This document shows positions 25,976-33,901 of a stretch of 35,139 bases of DNA, in pieces (positions within the stretch are counted from its first letter, which is position 1; each line of letters begins with the position of its first letter). Source of the DNA: a virus (taxonomy: Duplodnaviria; Caudoviricetes). Position numbers and translations under genes: made by a program. Location: positions 1 through 35,139 of the IMG/VR virus record IMGVR_UViG_3300012940_000060, one strand, 5' to 3'. The notes below the pieces were generated by a model that was not told the DNA's origin, made no database searches, and saw nothing but the letters and a program-made list of their open reading frames with translations.

Positions 25976-25981
25976 CGGGTG

Positions 25982-25987
25982 TATAAT
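25982..25987 (+). promoter_or_regulatory. Perfect -10 box TATAAT ahead of structured element 2
   Basis: Consensus hexamer; predicted start near 25994-25995 coincides with the first paired base; -35 weak (GCGTCA). Confidence 0.6.
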
Positions 25988-25994
25988 TGTGAAT

Positions 25995-26112
25995 ATGGGC
26001 TGTGCCGACTGAGGTTCGAAAATCCCAGTGGACACCGGATCATCCCTGGCAACGGGGTAAGGCGATGCGGGAGCGTGGGTCCCGCCAGTCGGCATCAGTT
26101 CATTCATCCCCA
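25995..26112 (+). ncRNA. Putative structured ncRNA 2, convergent with the MuF-toxin gene
   Basis: ATGGGCTG-TGCCGACTG / CAGTCGGCA-t-CAGTTCAT closing stem, CCCTG-GCAA-CGGGG, GCGGGA-7nt-TCCCGC; G-U pairs and GNRA loop work only on the + strand. Confidence 0.65.
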
Positions 26113-27545
26113 GGTTCCCCCCTTTCCCATATCAGAATTTCCGATCCGCGTCGATTCTCGAGGTGGCTGCGCACGTCGAACGCCGAAACCACGGAGTGAG
26201 ACAGCTTTGCGTTCTTCTTCATCTCGACAACCACTGCGCCCAGCTGACCCGAGTCATCGCGGCGGTAGAACACCACCTTTCCGTTGGGCTTCTTGGAATC
26301 CCGTCGCATCTCGTCGGGGTCCACTAGGATGCGGAAGAGGCGAACTGGATCGTCGCGAATCCACTGATGATTCATCAGATGGGCTCGCCGCTGTTCATTC
26401 GCCAGGATTGCTATGGGATTCTGTCCCGCCCCCGGATAAGCTCCGTGCAACACGGGCGGAGTATCACGCACGATGAACAGGTCAATCGGATCTTGAGCCG
26501 CATACGCCTCTGCGAGCTCCATGGCACGCATCAGGCGCCCATACTTCGTGACAAGCTTGTCCACGAACGCATCCGTATCCTCCGGCACCCGCGTCAGTGT
26601 GCAGAGACACGCTGGATGCGGCGGAAACGTCGGCACCTCGCCCGGCGGATAGACACCCGGACCGAGATCGTAGAGATTGGCCGTTGCGTGGTCGTCGCAC
26701 ACGTCACGTCGTGGATGCGACGCGCTCAGCAGCCATCCCACCCCCTTCACGCCCGGAACATCCTCCGCCGACTTCACCACGGCCGCACCGTACACGCGAG
26801 TGACTTCGGTACGCGCAAGCCGACGTGCCGGCGTGCTTCCCCATCCACTTCCACCCGTCAGCGTCATGTTGCGCCGAATGATCCGACCGTCCTCCGTGTA
26901 CTCCACCGGCGCGAAATCCGGGTTCAGATGCGTCTCGAGCTCCCGCGCGATCGTTCGCGGCCCCCTCCCACCCCGAATGCCATCGCGGAGCTCCTGATCG
27001 ATCTTGCTCCGGATGTCCTGGCCCTGCCGCCAGATACGATCCGACAGCGAATAGCCTGACCCATTCACCCATCGGCGATTCGGATCCAGCTCGCCCGATC
27101 GCAGGATGCGTCGGCGCTCTGCTTGCGGCGCGTTGAGCATCCCGACCACGCGCAGAAGGGGATCGGAGCTCGACACGTTCGCGAGCGGCTCGATCGTCGT
27201 CTCCCAGAAGCCGACAACCTTGCGCTCGACCGCCGCCTTGAGGCCGCTGATCGCCCGCTGATACGGCGCGAGCGCGGCCGCGTCCGTCACGTCGGTGATC
27301 GCGGCGAACATCGTCGAGTTGACGGCCGCTGCCGCCGAGCTTCCGTACACCTGCGCGAGCACGACGTTGATGTCCTCCATGATGCGAAGGCGCATGGCAT
27401 CGGTGAGCTCGTCGTCGCCGTACTCGGCGAACACCGCCTCGATCTGCTCCCACAGCGCCCCCATCTGCGACTGCGTCGCGGACACCGACTGGCGCACGAG
27501 GCGCACAAGCTCCTCTTGCTCGGGAGTCAGCTCACGCTCGGCCAC
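26100..27545 (-). CDS. MuF (SPP1 gp7-like) minor head protein with C-terminal PBECR-like nuclease/toxin domain
   Basis: After portal; LSDRIW, RLARTE, W.LS.SH...DVCD, GVYP...P.HP.C.C; ~140-aa extension with H-x3-H, ILVDPD...D.K, VFYR, VVV, VVSAF, IW. Confidence 0.85.
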   Translation of the reverse strand: MAERELTPEQEELVRLVRQSVSATQSQMGALWEQIEAVFAEYGDDELTDAMRLRIMEDINVVLAQVYGSSAAAAVNSTMFAAITDVTDAAALAPYQRAISGLKAAVERKVVGFWETTIEPLANVSSSDPLLRVVGMLNAPQAERRRILRSGELDPNRRWVNGSGYSLSDRIWRQGQDIRSKIDQELRDGIRGGRGPRTIARELETHLNPDFAPVEYTEDGRIIRRNMTLTGGSGWGSTPARRLARTEVTRVYGAAVVKSAEDVPGVKGVGWLLSASHPRRDVCDDHATANLYDLGPGVYPPGEVPTFPPHPACLCTLTRVPEDTDAFVDKLVTKYGRLMRAMELAEAYAAQDPIDLFIVRDTPPVLHGAYPGAGQNPIAILANEQRRAHLMNHQWIRDDPVRLFRILVDPDEMRRDSKKPNGKVVFYRRDDSGQLGAVVVEMKKNAKLSHSVVSAFDVRSHLENRRGSEILIWERGEPGDE

Positions 27546-27546
27546 G

Positions 27547-29076
27547 TCAGAACGCGCCGATCACGGAGTTGGCGTTGCGCTCGTCGATGATTGCCTTCGC
27601 CGTCTCCTCATCGATGCCGAACTGCGACCAGCCCCACGTCGTCTGGATCTGCTCCTTGCGCAGCACCAGGTCGAGGCGCTCGGAGTCCGTCTCCGGCAGC
27701 ACCGGCCGCGACATGATCCCGAAGTCGAGATCACCGCGCGCGTAGGAGTCGAGGTCGAACGGCCGGAAGCCCTCCTGACGACGAGAGAGCTGACGGCGAG
27801 ATCCGCCCGGTGCCGTCAGCCACGAGCCGTCCTTGATCCGCATGCCACCGATCGCGAGGGCCATCTGATGCAGCTTGATCGTGCCGATGTCGTAGTTCGC
27901 CCGCGCCAGCATCACAGCCGACGTCGCGTCACCGAGTGCACGCTCGGCACCCGGACCGCTCACCTCGGACATCTGGCGAAGCTCGTGGTAGTAGCTCGCC
28001 TCCGGGTTCTCGGCGAGGACGCGCTGCTCGAGTCGCTCGATCATCGTGTCGGTCTGCCCCAGATCGAACTCCGCCTGCACAATGTCTGCATCTGACCCTG
28101 CCGGCAGCATGTCGATCACGCGCGCATACCAGGAGGTGTTGTCTCCGCCAGCGTCGCGCGGTGGCTGGCTGAGCTTCACCTGCGTCTGCCCGGGCCGGAA
28201 CACTTGCCCCTTGATCAGGATCGGCGCGTAGAACTGCTTGTGCTGGTAATCGATCGCATGGCTGAGCAGCGAGTTGAGATGAGCGACCGCGACGCGCGTG
28301 CCGTCAAGCGCCGAGATGCCCCGCTCGTCGAACCCGATCTTGTGGCGATCCCATACCGCCGGCACGAATCCGTACGGGTTCGGCACGACCGCACCCTGAC
28401 CGTACTGATCGTAGGGGTGGCCGTTGCGGAAGTAGCGGAACTCCTTCCCATCGACCTCCTTGCGGAACTGGTAGGTCTCGGTCCGTCCCCCCTCCAGCTC
28501 CTCGGTGATCAGGTACTCAAGCGCGTAGTACTTGAGATTGCCAAGCGGGTCGAGTTCGATCTCCTTGACGTAGCCCGGCCACACGATCGACGGGTAGACC
28601 TTCGCGTGGTCGACATCATCGATCAGCTCGGTCATGCAGTCGCCGAGGATCGAGGCGAAGAGCGGCCGCTGCGTCATGTGCTGCTGCCAGTTCCACATTT
28701 GCCAGCACGCCGCGATTCCGAGCCGGAGCTGCTGCTCCTTGGTCTCGTCGCCGATGCGCGGATCGATCGGGATCGCGCCGAGCGTCCCGTCCGGCAGGCG
28801 CTCGCCATCGGTCGGCAGGTCACCGCGATAGACGAGGGCCTCGTAGAAACGCGCGATCGCCTGGACATGCGACCACATCTGAAGCGTGTGCTGATAGATG
28901 CCGGGGTATGCCCGTCGCGACACGGAGCGAAGCGGATCCGAGAACGCGGAGCCGATGAACATCGACCAGCGCTCGTCATAGCGGTCCATCGCCGTGAACC
29001 CCGGCCGATCGTCGTACTGCTGCCAGGCCTCCCGGCCTGCGGCGAAACTGTTCATGAGTCGTCTCCAGATGTTCAT
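27547..29076 (-). CDS. Portal protein
   Basis: 509 aa directly after terminase; PNPYGFVP, G.S..D, SG...ER motifs of SPP1-like portals. Confidence 0.88.
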   Translation of the reverse strand: MNIWRRLMNSFAAGREAWQQYDDRPGFTAMDRYDERWSMFIGSAFSDPLRSVSRRAYPGIYQHTLQMWSHVQAIARFYEALVYRGDLPTDGERLPDGTLGAIPIDPRIGDETKEQQLRLGIAACWQMWNWQQHMTQRPLFASILGDCMTELIDDVDHAKVYPSIVWPGYVKEIELDPLGNLKYYALEYLITEELEGGRTETYQFRKEVDGKEFRYFRNGHPYDQYGQGAVVPNPYGFVPAVWDRHKIGFDERGISALDGTRVAVAHLNSLLSHAIDYQHKQFYAPILIKGQVFRPGQTQVKLSQPPRDAGGDNTSWYARVIDMLPAGSDADIVQAEFDLGQTDTMIERLEQRVLAENPEASYYHELRQMSEVSGPGAERALGDATSAVMLARANYDIGTIKLHQMALAIGGMRIKDGSWLTAPGGSRRQLSRRQEGFRPFDLDSYARGDLDFGIMSRPVLPETDSERLDLVLRKEQIQTTWGWSQFGIDEETAKAIIDERNANSVIGAF

Positions 29077-30446
29077 CGCTGCCAGTACCCCTGGAGGTCG
29101 TTGATGGCCGCCTCCGTATCCGCGTAAATCCCGCCATCGGGGAGGTCGAAGTGCGCGACGGTATAGCGGAGCGCGTCCATGCCGTGGTCGTATTTCTTGA
29201 TCGGGGTGTCTCTGCGGTTCGTCTTCAGATCCCAGACGTAGGAGGAGAACTCTTCGGCCGTCGACGCCGGCTGCTTCGCCTGCTCAAGGAGCGGATCGCG
29301 CTCCACGAGCGCATCGCGCATGATCGTCAGCCGCGGCCGGCCGGCCACGGGACGGAGGCGATCGGCCCCCTTCTGGATGCCGGCTGTGACGTTTTTCTTC
29401 GCCGGCACCGTCGCCATCCCCACCTCGGCCTCGAACGTCGCGCGATCCTCGGCGTCGTGGTCGGTGATGATCGCGTCTGGCCGCGGCTCCCCGGCCGTTA
29501 TCTGCAGGATCTGCCGCGCGTGGTCGGAGACCAGGCGGCGCGTCATGTAGATCTCGCGATAGAGCACCAGCTCGCCGTCCGGCTTGACCGCCCAGCACTG
29601 CCAGACGAACGGGTGGACGTAGCCGAAGTCGACCGTCCAGATGCGCGGCCACTGCCACGGGATCTCGTAGTGATCGACGAGGTGCGTGTAGGGATCCCAG
29701 CCGTCGTAGATCTGACCCTCGGCGGCGACCCACTTGCCGAGGCGGAGCCGCTGGTAACGCACGCCGGAGAGCGCGTCGAGGATCGCGATGTACTCGCGGC
29801 CTCGCTCGGTCCAGTCGCCCCGCTCCTCATCCCACAGCGACGGGTTGTCCTCGTGTCGGGACAGGAGGCGGACCATCTTGCCCTGATTGCAGCGCTGGTT
29901 GAGCCAGTGCGCCTCGGCATCGGGGTTGCAGTCCGCGATGAGCTGCTGGTGAGGGATCACACCGTTGCGGAGACGGGTCGTGATCGACTCGAGGTCGTCC
30001 TCGCTCAGCTCGGTCGCCTCCTGGACGTAGATGGTGTCGTACTCGGCCGACATGACCTTCGATGACTTGTCGAGGCCGCCGACCACGATCTTCGATCCGT
30101 TCGGGTAGAGATACGCCTGCTGCGTCGTGTGGAAGCGCACCAGCCCTCCCGGCACGAGTACCTGGTTATCGAACGTCACGATCGCGGTCTGCGTCAGCGA
30201 AGTGCGCGTCTTGCGAACGATCAGCTGACGCGACCCTGGGTACTTGATCGCGTTGCGATCGAGCTTCTTCATCGCGGCGAGGCTCTTGCCGGTGCCGGCC
30301 GGGCCGTCAAGCAGGATCTGTGGATCGGTGCGAAAGAAGAGCTCCCTCGCCGCACCCTTCGGTCGATAGGGCGGGCGCTGTGGCGCATCCCCTCGCGCCT
30401 TGATCCGCGATCGCGGGTCGACGGTCGTCACCACCGAGAGGCTCAT
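29073..30446 (-). CDS. terL: Terminase large subunit (PBSX-like)
   Basis: Walker A GPAGTGKS, Walker B IYVQEATE, DCNP, nuclease VDFG and DHGMDALRY. Confidence 0.96.
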   Translation of the reverse strand: MSLSVVTTVDPRSRIKARGDAPQRPPYRPKGAARELFFRTDPQILLDGPAGTGKSLAAMKKLDRNAIKYPGSRQLIVRKTRTSLTQTAIVTFDNQVLVPGGLVRFHTTQQAYLYPNGSKIVVGGLDKSSKVMSAEYDTIYVQEATELSEDDLESITTRLRNGVIPHQQLIADCNPDAEAHWLNQRCNQGKMVRLLSRHEDNPSLWDEERGDWTERGREYIAILDALSGVRYQRLRLGKWVAAEGQIYDGWDPYTHLVDHYEIPWQWPRIWTVDFGYVHPFVWQCWAVKPDGELVLYREIYMTRRLVSDHARQILQITAGEPRPDAIITDHDAEDRATFEAEVGMATVPAKKNVTAGIQKGADRLRPVAGRPRLTIMRDALVERDPLLEQAKQPASTAEEFSSYVWDLKTNRRDTPIKKYDHGMDALRYTVAHFDLPDGGIYADTEAAINDLQGYWQR

Positions 30447-30892
30447 GGCAGGTCCTCCGGGATGTCGACGTACTCGCGGATCTCGATGCCCCCGGTCAGG
30501 TTCAAGTTCTCGCTGAACAGCTGGTGATGCTTGCCGAGCAGCTCGAGCGCGGTCATCTTGGCGCGTGCATCCATCCTCGCCGCGATCGGGTTGCCCTCGG
30601 CGTCCCGCGCGACGATCTCCACGTACTCGTCGAGGCCGCGACGCGCGACATCGGTCAGCTCGGCGAGCACTTCGAGGCCGTTCATGGTGTTCGCCTCGAG
30701 CAGCTCATCAACGCGCGCGCGTATGGATGGAGTTTTCTTGAGGTCGTACCCGATCCGCGACGCACTCTTGGCCGAATAGCCCGCGAGGATCGCGGCTTTC
30801 GTCGCGTTGAACTTGGCGTCGCCGATGTAGAAGGCGACGAATCGCTCCATCTTTGGCGTCAGACGTGCTGGTTGTTGTATCTCATCGCTCAT
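30443..30892 (-). CDS. terS: Terminase small subunit
   Basis: LTPKMERFV..Y....NATKAAILAGYS HTH and ALELLGKH motif. Confidence 0.93.
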   Translation of the reverse strand: MSDEIQQPARLTPKMERFVAFYIGDAKFNATKAAILAGYSAKSASRIGYDLKKTPSIRARVDELLEANTMNGLEVLAELTDVARRGLDEYVEIVARDAEGNPIAARMDARAKMTALELLGKHHQLFSENLNLTGGIEIREYVDIPEDLP

Positions 30893-30902
30893 GATCCCAC
30901 CC

Positions 30903-30955
30903 AAAACGCACGAAACCGGGCGCACTTCCCTTTGGGGAAGCAACACCCGGTTTCG
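30903..30955 (-). terminator. Long hairpin / possible attenuator in the terS leader
   Basis: CGAAACCGGGTG/CGCCCGGTTTCG with inner CTTCCC-CAAA-GGGAAG, then TGCGTTTT. Confidence 0.55.
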
Positions 30956-30980
30956 AGAACCTTAGTCTTTGGTTATGTCC

Positions 30981-30986
30981 ATTCTA
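30981..30986 (-). promoter_or_regulatory. -10 box TAGAAT of a putative late promoter
   Basis: 5/6 consensus in an AT-rich patch upstream of terS; no good -35. Confidence 0.5.
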
Positions 30987-31009
30987 CCTGACGTTCCGGG
31001 CGTATCTCC

Positions 31010-31189
31010 TCACGCCATCCGCGTCACATAGAGATTGCACTTGCTGCACTTGATGACGACTTTCGACCCCGGCGCGAGCGTGCCGTCACCGATCCGCTGG
31101 CCGCATCGCGGACATCGCCACTCCGGCAGCTTCTCCGGAGGTGGCGACAGTGGTACCGGCGGCGCCGGCCGATTCGTACGCTTGCCCAT
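31010..31189 (-). CDS. Mu Com-like zinc-ribbon regulator (59 aa)
   Basis: EWRCPRCG...VVIKCSKC; TGATG overlap; last gene before terS. Confidence 0.75.
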   Translation of the reverse strand: MGKRTNRPAPPVPLSPPPEKLPEWRCPRCGQRIGDGTLAPGSKVVIKCSKCNLYVTRMA

Positions 31190-31899
31190 CACTCCGACCA
31201 CTCCTCGCCAGGCAATGGCAGGTGCGGAGCCAGCGCGGCCGCGATCGCGTCGATGGCGAGCTCGATCCGGTCGGTGACCTCCGCATAGAGCGGCACGTAC
31301 ACCATCTTGCCGATCGTCGAGTCGAGGTTGTCGATCGGCGTCCGGATCGGGTTGATATGGCAATGCAAGAGTTCGTGGACGCAGGTCTCGCGGAAGTCCT
31401 CCGGATCAGCGTTCCCCCAATCGTCGTCGAAGCGGATGTTCGCGGATCGACGACCTGGGTAGACGTAAACGTCGGCGGCGAAGTTCGGGTTGTCGGGCCG
31501 ATCGTGCTGGATGTGGATCGTCCAGTCGCGCAGCCCCATCATGCTCTTGAGCTTGGCAATGTACTCGCCGAGCTGCTCGTAGTCACCGCCGAAGATTCCG
31601 TTAGATGGTGGAGATTCCGTATACGGGACCTCAACCGGAGGCGTCTCATGGATCTCGCTTCGCATCTTGTCGAGCTTATCGGTGTAGACGGTGTGCGCCT
31701 CATTGAGCCCACGCAGATACGTGGTGATCGTCTCATCCAGAACGTCGGAGAGCACCGCGCGAATCTGATCCGGCGTGAGCTCGGCGAGCGTCCCCATCAT
31801 GCCGATCTCGCGATGGATCGAGTCGATCGCGACGGCGACCATCTCGTCGGTCACGATCGGGCGCTGCGCGGCATCGGCGGGCGTGGCCGTGTCAGTCAT
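31189..31899 (-). CDS. Protein with HExxH zincin-like domain
   Basis: GLRDWTI...ETCVHELLHCH. Confidence 0.7.
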   Translation of the reverse strand: MTDTATPADAAQRPIVTDEMVAVAIDSIHREIGMMGTLAELTPDQIRAVLSDVLDETITTYLRGLNEAHTVYTDKLDKMRSEIHETPPVEVPYTESPPSNGIFGGDYEQLGEYIAKLKSMMGLRDWTIHIQHDRPDNPNFAADVYVYPGRRSANIRFDDDWGNADPEDFRETCVHELLHCHINPIRTPIDNLDSTIGKMVYVPLYAEVTDRIELAIDAIAAALAPHLPLPGEEWSE

Positions 31900-32522
31900 G
31901 CCCGAACCTCCCTGAGTGCCTGGTGATAGGCCTCCGTGATCTCGCGGAACAGCGCCGGATCACCGCCGACGTCGGGATGATGGACGCGCGCCCAGCGCCG
32001 GTAGGCGGTGTGGACGTGCTCGCGATTGCCAGCGTCCTCCTGAGTGATGCCGAGGACGAGCCACCACGGCTCGGCCGGCGGAGGCGTCACGATTACCCCG
32101 ACCGCCGGCATCCCTCCTCCCGCAGGGAGCGCGGCGAACCCGCTGAACGCCGCCTCGACCACCTGATGCGTGCCCCAGCGATCGAGTCCACGGAGCGCGG
32201 AGACAGTGAGCTCGATCGCATGCAGATTCTCGGCCGGCGTCCACCATCGATCGCACGGGATGCACCGATCCTCGCCGTCGAGCGTGAAGTATACGGCCAC
32301 GCCGGCGTCATCGATCGGTGGCTGACGGGAGAGGACGTAGCCGTGTACACCAATGGCGAGGTTGGTCGAGATCACCACGTCCTCGGCCCCGAGCTTGCTC
32401 AGCTCGCGGATGAGCCCGTCCCGAGCTCGGGCGAAGCTGGTGCTGAACGCCGAGCGGCGCGGATGCTGCTCTCGGGCGAATCGCGCCGGCCACTCGAGCG
32501 GGGTGCTAAACCTCACGTCCAT
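31896..32522 (-). CDS. Phage J-domain (DnaJ-like) protein
   Basis: C-terminal WWLVLGI...AYRR...HHPDVGGD..F..ITEAY; N-terminal LGA..VVISTN...GVAVYF. Confidence 0.85.
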   Translation of the reverse strand: MDVRFSTPLEWPARFAREQHPRRSAFSTSFARARDGLIRELSKLGAEDVVISTNLAIGVHGYVLSRQPPIDDAGVAVYFTLDGEDRCIPCDRWWTPAENLHAIELTVSALRGLDRWGTHQVVEAAFSGFAALPAGGGMPAVGVIVTPPPAEPWWLVLGITQEDAGNREHVHTAYRRWARVHHPDVGGDPALFREITEAYHQALREVRA

Positions 32523-32592
32523 CTGTCACCTCCTTTGCGCGTCCCTCGAGCACGATCGCGAGTGTATCGGCTGGGATTGTGATGTGTGTCAT
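32506..32592 (-). CDS. Possible 28-aa coupled mini-ORF
   Basis: ATGA overlap with the VRR-NUC stop; AGGAG upstream. Confidence 0.35.
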   Translation of the reverse strand: MTHITIPADTLAIVLEGRAKEVTDGREV

Positions 32593-33029
32593 TTCGCCCC
32601 GCTCCTGTCCTGATATTTGAGCAGATCCCACACCTTGGGGTCGTAGTCGCCGATCGTCACGAGCCCACGCGCACCATGTCGAGGGCGATCGACGTTGCCT
32701 CGGAGCAAGTGCTGCACCGCGTCGTAGTCCTTGGGTTTGGCGATGTAGGCGTGGAGACCGGCAGCCTGCAGATCCTCGATCCAGTCGATCTGTCGGACGT
32801 AGATCGTGGATCGTGTGCCGCCCTTGAGCTCTAGCCAAAGCACCCCATGCTCCGGATGGATGAGCGTGAGGTCCGGATATCCGCTGTCCGATCCCACTGC
32901 ATAGAGGTTGTGATAGTGGCGGACCCAGCCGAAGATCGCGGAGTCACCCACGATCTGTCGGCTCCATTCCTTCTCGGTCTGTTTCGCCTGGTTGGCACCC
33001 GGCTGGATCCACGGGATGCTCAGACTCAC
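32589..33029 (-). CDS. VRR-NUC family PD-(D/E)xK nuclease (resolvase-like)
   Basis: TEKEW...GYPDL...WLELK...Q.DWI..L; GTGA overlap start. Confidence 0.85.
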   Translation of the reverse strand: MSLSIPWIQPGANQAKQTEKEWSRQIVGDSAIFGWVRHYHNLYAVGSDSGYPDLTLIHPEHGVLWLELKGGTRSTIYVRQIDWIEDLQAAGLHAYIAKPKDYDAVQHLLRGNVDRPRHGARGLVTIGDYDPKVWDLLKYQDRSGAK

Positions 33030-33328
33030 AGCAACGATCCCTGCACTGGCTCGGTCGCCTCGAGCGCATCGGCAATCGCCAGGGCAAGCGCGATGTCGAT
33101 CTCTGGATCCTCTGCTCGCCACGACTCCTCACCGAGCGTTATTGTCACGACGTGGTTTTGTCGAAACTCCGCCTCGCGCGGGTATTCCTGGAACACCATC
33201 ATCACGCCCATCCGCCGCACCTGCGCAATCTCGAGGAGCTTCTCGATCGCCGGCATCTTCGGTTTGCGAACGATCCCCCGAACCTCAAGGGCTTCCCGGA
33301 TCTTCTCCGGCACCGTGCTCTTTGGCAT
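33026..33328 (-). CDS. Hypothetical protein (100 aa)
   Basis: GGAG RBS, coupled to the next gene. Confidence 0.65.
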   Translation of the reverse strand: MPKSTVPEKIREALEVRGIVRKPKMPAIEKLLEIAQVRRMGVMMVFQEYPREAEFRQNHVVTITLGEESWRAEDPEIDIALALAIADALEATEPVQGSLL

Positions 33329-33329
33329 G

Positions 33330-33464
33330 TCACTCTCCCAACGCGATGGTCACGATCGTCACGATCCCGACAATCACGACGCCGATGACGACGATCGCCA
33401 GCAACACCGCGATCGAAATACGCACCAGCGCGTACACCCAGTCGACCAGTTCATCCATGTCCAT
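33330..33464 (-). CDS. Small membrane peptide (44 aa), absent from the ORF track
   Basis: MDMDELVDWVYALVRISIAVLLAIVVIGVVIVGIVTIVTIALGE; TGATG overlap. Confidence 0.6.
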   Translation of the reverse strand: MDMDELVDWVYALVRISIAVLLAIVVIGVVIVGIVTIVTIALGE

Positions 33465-33901
33465 CACTTACCCCCTCGCCACTCGCTCGCGTGCGGGCAG
33501 GTCGCCCAATGCGGGCGATAGCGGGGCACCCCGACGTCAAACAGCGGCTCGACCGGTCGAGCGGGACGGCCCTCCTCGATCACCCAGCCCTCCGATCCCT
33601 CCGTGCCGATGATCTCCACGTCGAACGGCATCCGCTTCCCGCTATCGCCGTAGCTCCAGACGATCGGCATCCCGCACGAGCGGCAACGTGTAACATCCAT
33701 GCCTGCCCACCCTCTCCGTGGCTTGATCCGTCCCCAGATCCGCATCCGGGCCGCCGTCAGATCAGGCACCAGCGGCTCCGTCGGCATCACCGCCGGCGGC
33801 GTGCGTGGGATCTCGGTCGCCGCGTCGCGCGCCTCCGCGATCCGCTCGCGCTCCAGCTCCGCCTCCACGGCGGCCATCGTCGTAACCATCACGTCACCCA
33901 T
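33464..33901 (-). CDS. Zinc-finger protein (CxxC...HxxxC)
   Basis: CRSCGMPIVW...GKRMPFD...HWATCP; GGAGGT RBS, overlaps the ATPase stop. Confidence 0.75.
   Translation of the reverse strand: MGDVMVTTMAAVEAELERERIAEARDAATEIPRTPPAVMPTEPLVPDLTAARMRIWGRIKPRRGWAGMDVTRCRSCGMPIVWSYGDSGKRMPFDVEIIGTEGSEGWVIEEGRPARPVEPLFDVGVPRYRPHWATCPHASEWRGGK

Noticed and set aside
26009-26028. Alternative minus-strand UUCG hairpin or hammerhead core (CTGA...GAAA)
   Set aside because: The stem has a mismatch and competes with the longer + strand helix; the CUGAnGA core is absent
25423-26107. ORFs 25423..26052 (long form) and 25901..26107 as immunity genes
   Set aside because: Their upstream parts run through the structured elements with uncharacteristic composition; a clear RBS marks ATG 25716. 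The 68-aa ORF overlaps the MuF stop, so it cannot be fully excluded
25995-26112. Calling the structured elements true tRNA genes
   Set aside because: No recognisable D-arm or anticodon arm, non-canonical T-loops, and no CCA directly after the acceptor-like stem
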